Shown here piece by piece: positions 1 to 10,354 of a stretch of DNA of 64,000 nt. Made by a program: the position numbers and the translations under genes. The notes beneath the pieces are model-generated. The model saw only the letters and a list, made by a program, of their open reading frames with translations, did not search any database and had not been told where the DNA came from. This stretch comes from Girardia tigrina (lineage: Eukaryota). How positions within the stretch are numbered: the stretch's first letter is position 1; each line of letters opens with the position of its first letter. The stretch lies in contig MQRK01230377.1 in NCBI GenBank assembly GCA_001938485.1, forward strand, positions 1 to 64,000. The letters are read 5' to 3'.

Positions 1-47
<47 letters not shown>

Positions 48-655
48 ATTTAGAAACCTATTTCTGAAATCCTTCTACTCAATCAATTTTCTTCAAACTT
101 TGCACACTTACTCATTCTCGATGACAATAAATGATTATGTAAAAATTTAATCAAAAAAAACTTTTTGAGATCCAAAAATGTGAAAAAAACAAAAAATTCG
201 GAGTTCCCGAACAATATTAATCGCAAGATATCTATTTATAAATTATAATTAGTTTATATTGATTTTTATTGTTTTTTTAATTAAAATTTTTAAATTTTAA
301 AAACTTTGTTGGAAAAGTAGAGTTTGGATATAAAAATATAAAAGAATGGATATAAAAATTTTTAGTTTTTGATTTACTAGTTTTTGAAATTAAATTAATT
401 AACATCCAACAGTAAATTATTTATAAAGAATTATTGTGTCCTGTGTACACAAAATCAAAATGTACATGGACCATATCATGAGATTAAAAATATCTCATAA
501 CATGTTGTCTTTAAAATTTAAATCCATAAATTTTGTTTTCAGATTTATATATACATATAAAAATTTTTATGTATATAAGGAATTATTTATCTGCAATTAT
601 ATTTACCATCTTATAAGTTTCTAAAATTTTAAAAAATCAAATAAGAATAACAAAC

Positions 656-1226
656 CCTTGCAGCCTTGCTATTTGAACCAGAGGACATAATTTTATATAA
701 GGATTTTCTATATCGAAAGCTACACTGTCCTTCAACTTCAACAAATCTCTTGTTTTTTTCACTATCTTCACTGTATTTTTTAAGCTTGTTACTGGCTATT
801 TTATATGTCTGATAATCACTCCAGCAACATGGTTCCATAAAGTGTTCATTAATTCCCCAAAACAAAAGTTCTTCCTCGAAAAATGTCAGGCACACATTTG
901 GTGGAGAATGGAGTCTACCTGTTCGATAGAAATTTAAAACGGAATTAAAGCACACTGGATCACGATCAATAAACACAATGTCATCATAGTTGTGATCACC
1001 TAAACATTTATGGAGTTTGGAGTCGGAAATATTGTATAGTGTTTCATCAAATATTTCAAATATTTTCCCTCCGACGTTAATTTTCTTCGTTTTTGCTGGT
1101 GTTTTAGATTCATCCTTATAAGCCCAAACTGGAAATGTTGGTGCTTCTATATTAAATATTTTTAGAAATAGATCAAAAAATGAAACTCTTCTGTTCCACC
1201 CTCATCAAGAAACTTTTCTTTGCCAT
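656..1226 (-). CDS. Voltage-gated K+ channel, Shaw/Kv3-like, 5' exons (T1 domain); gene continues beyond the left edge
   Basis: The frame extends upstream of the called ORF to KINVGGKIFE...FIDRDP...LNFYRTGRLH...FEEELLFWGI...EPCCW (T1/BTB domain; the C-terminal part is most like Shaw). Predicted exons 1187-1226 (ATG) and 656-1146 are joined by a 40-nt GT-AG intron; donor GTTTGT follows SKAAR. Confidence 0.85.
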
Positions 1227-1350
1227 TATATTTTAAATCATCTTGAATTATATTTTAATATATATTTGTCTAAAAAGTTTGTTAGTTTGCTTGTCGGTCA
1301 AGCTTTTCAATGTAAAATTGCGGACGAACTGGAGTGAATCCATTTATGTA

Positions 1351-2439
1351 CGTGGTGCAATCCCTAAGTCCTTAGACTCGTTGATAAATAAGAGTATGAT
1401 GTATATGCGGTTGATACTATAAATAGATGAGCTATCATTGGTTACAGATATGACTTACCGTACCCAATCTGTGTGTGTTAGTGGTGCGTACAGCCATTAT
1501 TTCACTTTTTACTGTAGACATGGACAGTAACGTCGAATATCGCAGCGTGATAAAATTTCTGCTCCTGCGCAATACTAAAAGCTGCGATATTTTGCAGCAG
1601 TTGCAGGAATCTTACGCTAACCAGTGCTCATCACGTGCCACAGTGTATAATTTGATCAGAGACTTTAAACATGACTGACAATCCGTTTTTGATGCTGAGA
1701 GGTCAAGACGACCGTGTGAAATTTTACCGGGAAAAGTGATTTGTGCATGAAGATCGTGTCGGAAGAGAGACGAATAAGTATCCGTGAACTTGAACTGCGA
1801 TATCCATCAGCTACCTACATATGATATTCTGCAATCATTTGAATTTCGCAAACTATGTTCACGTTTTGTTCGCCGATTCCTATCCGGTGAAATGTGTGAC
1901 AAACATTTGTAGTGTTGCACTGCCAATATGGAGTTGTTTCGCACTCATATTGATCGCTTCCTCAACAACATCGTTACACAAGATGAAACCCCGGTGAACT
2001 TGTGTGTGCCTGAGAACAAGCGTCAATCTTCTGAGTGGTGCTTCCCCTGTGAAATTGCTCACAAAAACTTCGAAGCGGCACCTCACACAAGCGAGCAGCA
2101 ATGCTAACTTTGTTCTGGGATTCCCAAAGCATTATTAAAATATATTTTCTTGAGAAAGGACTGACAATGAATATTGAGTACTATATTGAATTAGTTCGTG
2201 ATGTTAGAAAGTCTCCTAGGAAGCCAAGAGGGATCCCATTGTGGCTCCTTCAAGACAATGCACCCATTCACACTTTGCGAGCAATTTTGATTGCTGTGGA
2301 TGACTGTGGCTTTCCGTTGGTTTTTCACCCCCTTATAGCCCTGACCTAACCCCAAGTGATTTTGTGTTGTTTAAATACCAAAAGAAACATTTGAAAGGTG
2401 TCCACTTTCATTCAGTCGATGTCCTCAAGGAGAAAGTCC
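1351..2439 (+). mobile_element. Degenerate mariner transposon, 3'-truncated
   Basis: TA followed by a TIR-like start. Frameshifted transposase with HTH N-terminus (EYRSVIKFL...RATVYN), LLQDNAPIH and HPPYSPDLTPSDF; it breaks off at the inverted repeat of the next element. Confidence 0.85.
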
Positions 2440-3180
2440 TTTTCAATGTGCTAGCACAATGCTTTTTAAGTTGCACATATGCAAAAGTGCAAAAATCAAT
2501 ACATAAAATTTTTTAAAAGTGCTAGTGCCAAAAATCGATATGATGTGTTTGATGCACATTTTGATTCTCTATCAGAATGTGCAATTAGAAATTTCATATA
2601 TTGATTACTTTTCCCTATAATTAGCATAATGTGCAAATTTACACAAAATGCATATCGATTTTAGAGGTACAAGGAAGCAGAACATCAAAAAAGCGCTGAT
2701 GCACTTGAATAGGAACCCATATACATACATTCAGATTCCATGTCAACATTTTCGAAAAAGTGCTTAAAAATCGATTTTTTCGTATATTTATGAAACCAAT
2801 GTATTCCATGTGTGTTATTTAACATCAAACAATACCTCGTGAATCGCCTAATGTACCCCCTCAACAATCACAAGTACCTTGGTTACCGTAACCAAGATAA
2901 ATAACCTTTTATCTTATATTTAAAAACTACATGTATAAAACTCCTATTATACTTAAAACGTGCATAGACATTATACATAACATGTACATAATCAGCTAAA
3001 TTAGCTGAGCCTAGGCATCACCTATCACAAGTACCTTGGTTGCCGTAACCATGTGACATAACCTTTTAATATATATATAAAAACCTATGTAATACCTAAA
3101 ACATGCATGGGTATTCTACACCACAAGACCCCTTACGGAGGGTCGACATCTACCTACATTGTGAAAGTTCATTACATTCA

Positions 3181-3215
<35 letters not shown>

Positions 3216-3546
3216 AAAAGTGATACATTAAAACAAACTATTATTAAAATAATTAATATATCTATTTAAATAATATGATATCTATTATATTGTTATATTA
3301 TCAACCATTACCTTATCAACCATTTACAAAAGTTACCGTATCCAAGGTGATATGGTCATGTCAGCTTATTGCACTCATCGTGTCAATGTATTGCATAGTT
3401 AACATTTTATAGTATATATTAATAGTATATATTAATATTATATATAACAAAAGTTGTTGTTTGCAAGGTTTTGAATGAATACATGTATACGACGACTATT
3501 TTCAACAAACATTTATTTGCATAACATGCACAGATGTAACAAATTT

Positions 3547-3587
<41 letters not shown>

Positions 3588-3676
3588 TAGGTTTTGAATG
3601 AAGATATAACAATATATTTGAAACACAACTTATATAGTTGTAATCACATGTCACTGTAATAGATTGTAAAATAACA
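2440..3676. repeat. Left arm of long inverted repeat
   Basis: Its reverse complement aligns with 8550-9668 with indels and (TA)n length differences; the mirrored ORFs 2685-2867(-) and 9242-9469(+) are near-identical. Confidence 0.95.
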
Positions 3677-3731
3677 ATTCGTTGTATTTGATTGTTGATG
3701 CAAGTTTTATTGTTGTGTTAATAGGTTCCAT

Positions 3732-3789
3732 GACAATTCGACACAAGACAATTCGACACACGACAATTCGACACAGACAATTCGACACA
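3732..3789 (+). repeat. Four tandem copies of GACAATTCGACACA
   Basis: Units start at 3732, 3747, 3762 and 3776 with 0-1 nt between them. Confidence 0.9.
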
Positions 3790-4104
3790 ATTTAACACTG
3801 GTTACCGTGTTAATAAATCTTCTAATAATTTAGTCTTGATTTCATAAAAAATAGGTTAATACATTTTGTTAATTTGGATTTAGAAACACAAATGAAATAT
3901 GTTTTTAAGACATTGAAGCTGAATTTAGAAATGAATGGATAAATATTGTACTTGTTAATATTATCATCAAGAGTTGTACGTTAATAAATGTTTTCCATAT
4001 TATTTTCTGTAATGATTATTTAATTAATCTATAATTGAATTTAAACGTAACAAGATTATATTAAACATTTATTTACAAATGTTCAATATATACAAGTAGA
4101 TCAT

Positions 4105-7100
4105 TCACAAAAAATAATGTCCGTGATGTAATGTACTTATTCCATCTGTTAAAATATGTCGTTTATCGTCAAACCAATTTAGGCTTTTCTTCCGCATCAT
4201 TACTGTGGAGACTTTATGTTCTCTTGATTGGATCCTTCGCATTTCAGAAATTATATTGATTTGTTCCCGCAGCACTCTCATATAATCATGGAATCCGATT
4301 TGGTTTGCTAACATTGCCCGTTGAATTCCCTTTGCCCTTTCTTTGATATTACCATCCACATCAATGGCATACATCTTAGACGGTAGTGCCACGAATCTAG
4401 AGATGATTTGACCATTGATTTCATCCTTAAACTTTCCAAGGACCTTTTCATTTGATATTCGAATAATTTGGATGGTCCTTTGGATAGTCTGAGGTATCCA
4501 TATGTTGAGCCATTTGAAAAAACTCCGCAAACAGAACTTCTGTATGAATCTGATAGACAAGGCTATCAGTATCCATATACATTAACTGTAAATCTTGGAA
4601 TTTGGGGACCATGATGTCATAGTGGAAGTCATACATCAAGGTCTTGGATAGATCCAGGATTGACATCCCCACATATATTGGTTTTCAGTGTATATAATAG
4701 TTCTGTGGAAGATTGATTTGGCAATGAGCTTCTTTGCCCGCTTCCAATCATATACCAGTTCGATGTTGATTCTGTTGCGTATATTCTCCATTGTTTTGCC
4801 AAAAACGCTGTTATTGTACAGTTTGAACTGATCCTTTTCAAAGTCGTTTTTGGCATTGGTCCTCAGATTGGTATTAAAGTCAATATATGGCTGAAGCCAT
4901 TTTAACTGACTAAACTGAAGAGCCCAATGTATTTTTATGATTATGAGACCATTCTTAATAGCTTGTTGAAGATTGATGTAGTGGGCTACATATTTTTGTT
5001 TATTTTCCAAGTGACAGAGCAGCTTCTTATGTTTTCTATTAGGTGGACATTTTCTCTCAGCAGAAAAGGCAGCTGCTCATGTCTTGTATGGAAGGATTTG
5101 GGATATTCAACATCAACTTCCAATATGTAACCCACATCTCCATTAGGGTCCATTTTTTCTATTGGAATTTCTTCTGGTTGATCCATCCATTTGAAATTGT
5201 CGTAAGGCAGTGGAGCACTCATTACCTAATCATATAAGTTATTGGCATTCAAGTATGTTTTGTATGAAAATGCCTTGGACGGATCATAAATTTTCATGTA
5301 TTTGTTGTTTACTTCACTGTATCGATGAATAGATTGACAGATTCCACCTGGGATAACTTTTTCCAGCATGATGATCATGTCATAATCTTTCAGGACTTGG
5401 AGCCTTATGCATGTATATTTCAGCATTGCTGCCAAACTCATACCTGGTTGTGTAAAGAAATGAGCTGGATATAACTTGTGGCTCTTAAGTGTCACATCCC
5501 GAAAGCTCTCAAAGACATCCGTAAGAAGCGGCTTAACAACACATCACTATATTCCCCAAGTGTTTGGCATTTGAAAGCTTGCCAGACATTTTGTGCATAC
5601 TGATAATCAGCATCACTAATGTCAGTGTCATTAAGCTTGTTGTAAAATGCCTCTTTTGCTGGCAATGTTGTTTCATCCAGCGATCTCCATGATGTTTTGT
5701 AGCCATAGGGGAATATTCCTTTCCTTTTTACCAAGTCAAATTATTTGGGAAGAACTTTTTAGTTTCCTTCAGTTCATCTGCTGGAAGATTCTTCACACGG
5801 CTGTCCAGCGATGATGACATGAACCCGAAACTATCGATGAATCGTAGCTTAATTCTTCCCACATGCTTGGTAAATGTGATGTATTTTTCCTCACTATTTG
5901 GAATAACATCTATATTCCCTTGGATTTTTCCAAGTTCTCTTACTATGAAGTGGGAGTCATATTCACTAAGACTGTGGAATACAACAGGAACATTTGTAGA
6001 TGTTTTACATCGCAAATTGCAGTTATTACATACTGCTCCTCGATATTTTCTAGTAAAATGACAATGATCTTTGACTTTGTTATTGTCATTTGTGAATGGC
6101 TTTTCACACATGTAACATTGTGTTGTCTTGTTCAATTGATATTTTTCTCGCAAAGTCATCACCATATTTAGCTTGTGTTGTTCCAGCATGTCTTCAATTG
6201 TATGGGCATAAGTTTCCATACGTTGCATAAAATGTTCCGCTGCATCTGGACCTCTGTATAGGAATGACTCCTTGTCAATACCCAATGCATACATACAGTA
6301 TGATGATAGCTCATGATACTGGTATGCTGTCGTACGGCTACGTTGCGGATCCGGATTGCACGTTTGGATTGGGCTTAGAATGGCTTCAAAGTCACAATAT
6401 ATGATAATGGGAACTTTCTGCATCTTTTCATATTCTTTGAATTCGATATAATCTTCCTTGGGAAATTCTGCTCTGATACAATGAGTGTTATTGCAGTAGG
6501 CTTTGTGCTCCTCTAAATTGATTGTTGCATCATCACCATTGAAATGAGTAAAGCATCTTTTACAAATCTCTTTACTTTTGTTATGTTTTGATATTTGGGA
6601 GCTTAAGAGACGCTCAAAGTTCTTGATCCAGATGAAATTCCTCTTTTCTTCATGATGTAGCAGAAGCAAATCTCTATGATCCTCTAATTCTTCCTTATAT
6701 ACAAGTAAGGGATAAAAATTTTCATTCTCTAATCCAAAGATTTTGATTGAGATATTGTTGATGCCTCCAAATTTAGTGACTTCATCAAAGCTCGGTGGGA
6801 ATGATATGCAGTTGAGGTCATGTGTGCTGCAGATTGTTGTATTTAGATACTCATGATGCATTGTTTTGATCTTTAACGAATTTTGATAGTATCGCATACT
6901 TGAAGCACATATTGTCATTATTTTTTACATTGACGCATACCTTTTTTATTAGATATCCATTCAGTAAGTGACATGTAGGAGGTGCCTGTCATTGGTGAAT
7001 ATTTATGAACATAGATAATCAATTGATCTTCAGATGACAGAGTCCATCCACTTTTCTTCTCCTCGCTATCGTAAGCTTCCTTTATTATTTTGACATGTTC

Positions 7101-8030
7101 TTCATTGAGCCACTCCAAAATATCATCGGATTCTAACATTGGCCTATTTTTGTCTTGAAGGCTCTTTGTGACAGTTCATCATCAACATTGGTGAATGTTG
7201 CCTCCAATTTAAGTTTGACTTTGATAGCCTTGAAATCAACCATGTTGTCTTTTAGAATCTCTATGGCTTCCTTCTTGTAATATTCCAGAAACTCATGGAG
7301 ATTTGTAACCTTGCTGCCTTGGCTGTCTAGGTTAGCCTGGGGAGCCTTGATAACATATTGACGTACCTTCTTATTCAATGAAGCTTTATGAATTGGTCTC
7401 AGTCTTGAACTTTTTGATGGAACATTTATGATATTTGTATCATTTGCACGTTTTGATAGAATATTTACAGCCATGACAGTATTTGAAACATGTATCTCCA
7501 TTGGAACTTTTGTAAAATTGACATGTTCTAAGGGAAATTTTGTTGTATTTGAAAGATTTTTCTCTATTTGAACATTTGAAACATTCTTCTCAATTGAAAA
7601 GTTTGAAACATTTGGTGCTGCAAGAACTGGATACATTGATGATGTGAATAAAGCCTTCTTGGACTTCACTGAAAAGGCGCCCAAGGGGTCCTTGTGACAT
7701 TCATAAAATTGATTATAGTCGCCACTACTTGCATTTTGACACACTGGACAAATGTAATACTCACATCTATTGAACACATATCCATAGTAATGCTTTATTG
7801 TATCATGACAATTTTGCGGATTGTAAACATTTGCCACACAGCATGAATATACTGAACATTGCGGAATTTTTGTTTGTATTTTCTCTTGAATTATCTTCGA
7901 CATATTTTCTTTAAATATATTCTTTTTCGATTTAGTGAAAGGAACCAGATGTTGTTTATGGTCATTGTAAAATTCTTCAAAACTAGTTCTGTACACTGTC
8001 TCGCATGTTGGACATATAAAATATCCTGTT
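4105..8030 (-). pseudogene. Type B DNA polymerase (Polinton/protein-primed type) with endonuclease VII-like Zn domain, frameshifted
   Basis: About ten consecutive ORF fragments carry the motifs in order: ExoI IIYCDFE, CYMC...KVKDHCH...YRGAVCNNCN (EndoVII-like), ExoII FHSLSEYDSHF, RFIDSF, RKGIFPY, motif A YLNANNLY, GYILEVDVEYP, motif B KLYNNSVFGKTMEN, motif C YMDTDS, LGKFKDE, KMYA, C-terminal TLHHGHY. Confidence 0.93.
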
Positions 8031-8328
8031 GAAGAGAAACTCTACTTGTAGTATTGGGATAAATTTGAATTCTAAAAACATATATATTGACGGAGCTGAC
8101 CAAAAACTAACCGTTTTCTTAACAGGATTTTGAAATAATGAAAAAATGTCTGGATGTCACGATATCTTATAACGTTTATTATATTTATTTTATTTGATGC
8201 ATTAAAACAAAACATACTATTATAATAATAATACTTATTACTTTAAATATAATAAAACAAACACTTGTTATTAATTTGTTTTAATGAATCACTTTTAATA
8301 AAGACACAAGGCGGGAATTTGAATTGAA

Positions 8329-8647
8329 ATGAATACATTGATATTCATTTTTAACAAAATGCTGCGTAATATCAATTATAAAGGATTTACTGGTGATTGT
8401 CTGAAAGATCTCCATTTTGGTACTAAACCGTGTCAATGTGTTTTACACTTTGCGGAGTACACTATCATATTCTTCCGCAATGGAAAATGTAGAATAATGG
8501 GCTGTAAGCAACATGGTGATCCATCCACTTTACCTTACAATATCACTAATGTTACTTTATAATCTATTACAGTGACATGTGATTACAACTATGTAAGTTG
8601 TGTTTCAAATATATTGTTATATCTTCATTCAAAACCTAGTATATAGT
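8329..8647 (+). pseudogene. Divergent TBP-like (TATA-binding protein fold) ORF, one repeat plus the start of the second, with a premature TAA at 8560-8562
   Basis: MLRNINYKG resembles TBP LQNIVST; TIIFFRNGKCRIMGCK resembles TALIFSSGKMVCTGAK; read-through gives NVTL[Q]SITVTCDYN, resembling DFKIQNMVGSCDVK. The left inverted-repeat copy has CAA at the stop position. Aligned by eye only. Confidence 0.65.
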
Positions 8648-9668
8648 CGTCGTATACATGTATTCATTCAAAACCTTGCAAACAACAACTTTTGTTATAT
8701 ATAATATTAATATATACTATAAAATGTTAACTATGCAATACGTTGACATGATGAATACAATTCGCTGACACGATGAGTGCAATACGTTGACGTGACGATA
8801 TCACCTTGGATACGGTAACTTTTGTAAATGGTTGATAAGGTAATGGTTGATAATATAACAATATAATAGATATCTTATTATGTAAATAGATATATTAATT
8901 ATTTTAATAATAGTTTGTTTTAATGTATCACTTTTAATATATATATATATATATATATAAATTGAATATAATGAACTTTCACAATGTAGGTAGATGTCGA
9001 CCACCCGTAGGGAGTCTTGTGATGTAGAATACCCATGCATGTTTTAGGTATTACATAGGTTTTTATATATTAAAAGGTTATGTCACATGGTTACGGTAAC
9101 CAAAGTACTTGTGATAGGTGATACCTAGACTCAGCTAATTTAGCTTATTATGTACATGTTATGTATAATGTCTATGCACGTTTTAAGTATAATAGGATAA
9201 AACGTTATATATTTTAGTTACAGTAACCAAGATACTTGTGATTGTTGATTGGGTACATTAGGCGATTCACGAGGTATTGTTTGATGTTAAATAACATACA
9301 TGGAACACATTGGTTTCATAAATATACGAAAAAATCGATTTTAAGCACTTTTTCGAAAATGTTGACATGGAATCTGAATGTACGTATATGTGTTCCTATT
9401 CAAGTGCATCAGCGCTTTTTTGATGTTCTGCTTCCTTGTACCTCTAAAATCGATATGCATTTTGTGTAAATTCGCACATTATGCTAATTATAGGGAAAGA
9501 TAATCAATATATGAAATTTCTAATTGCACATCCAGATAGAGAATCAAGATGTGCATTAAACACATCATATCGATTTTTGGCACTAGCACTTTTAAAAAAT
9601 TTTATGTATTGATTTTTGCACTTTTGTACATGTCCTACTTAAAAAGCATTCTGCTAGTACATTTAAAA
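8550..9668. repeat. Right arm of long inverted repeat
   Basis: Mirror of 2440-3676 (e.g. atcgatttttggcactagcacttttaaaaaatttt vs aaaattttttaaaagtgctagtgccaaaaatcgat). Confidence 0.95.
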
Positions 9669-9774
9669 TGTGTGGCACAATGTGCACTATCGATCAACAC
9701 TTAAAAATATCAATTAGCACATTTTGGCACTGTGCAGTGATCGATTAGCACTTTTCTTCAGTTGCAATGTAAAG

Positions 9775-10212
9775 GGTCACGGTTCCCATGGATATGGGTA
9801 CCGTTACCATGGTTACAACCAGCTTGAATGACTGTATCAGTTGCTAATGAAAAATGTCCCTTGGTTACCGTTGCTAAAGATATTAGGACCTTGGTTACCG
9901 TTGCTAGGGTGATCGGAACCGTTGCTATGGTAACTGTGACCGTTTCTATGGTAATCTGAATCGTTTCTATGGTAACTGCGACCTTGGAAACGACCTCAAC
10001 GTTTGGTAACCTATACTCGTTGCTATTGCAAACGGTAAGCCCTCGCAACGTTATGAGATTTCGAAGGGGGGAGGTCAGTAACACAACTACCTTTTACCAT
10101 GGCTACAGACATGTTTTCATTGGTTACTGTACCGATTTCCATAGTAACTAGGCAATTTCATTTGTTATCGTGGTCCGTTGCCATGGTGACGTCACCCATT
10201 CCATGGTAATCA
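9775..10212. repeat. Array of X-box-like palindromes (GTT.C[CT]ATGG.AAC), partly with 21-bp period
   Basis: gttaccatggttac 9803, gttgctatggtaac 9921, gtttctatggtaat 9942, gtttctatggtaac 9963, gttgccatggtgac 10177, plus degenerate copies. Confidence 0.8.
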
Positions 10213-10354
10213 AGATTATTGGAAAATTTATTGATTGATGCAGAACTCTCATTATCCCCCTACTAAATAAAAACAAAATCAATTAACCAAGTTTTCAAAA
10301 TAATTACTTTATACCTAATAACTCGATAACTATTGACTTTGGAAGAAACCTTTC

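Larger units (their letters stand above)
2440..10264. mobile_element. Polinton/Maverick-like DNA element with long inverted repeats (PolB pseudogene + TBP-like gene)
   Basis: Inverted repeats ~2440-3676 and ~8550-9668 flank a type-B DNA polymerase. The right side continues through a palindrome array to ...CCCCCTACT (AGTAG on the minus strand), a Polinton-like terminus; that endpoint is inferred. Confidence 0.75.

Noticed and set aside
2685-2867. Duplicated small ORFs in the arms (also 9242-9469 and 8801-9040)
   Set aside because: Non-ATG or frame-discordant between arms, with no recognisable domain; by-products of the repeat.
3732-3789. CRISPR-like direct repeats
   Set aside because: 14-bp units with no spacers, no cas genes, eukaryotic context.
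9758-10151. Thr/Val-rich ORFs on both strands
   Set aside because: Translation artefacts of the palindromic 21-bp array.
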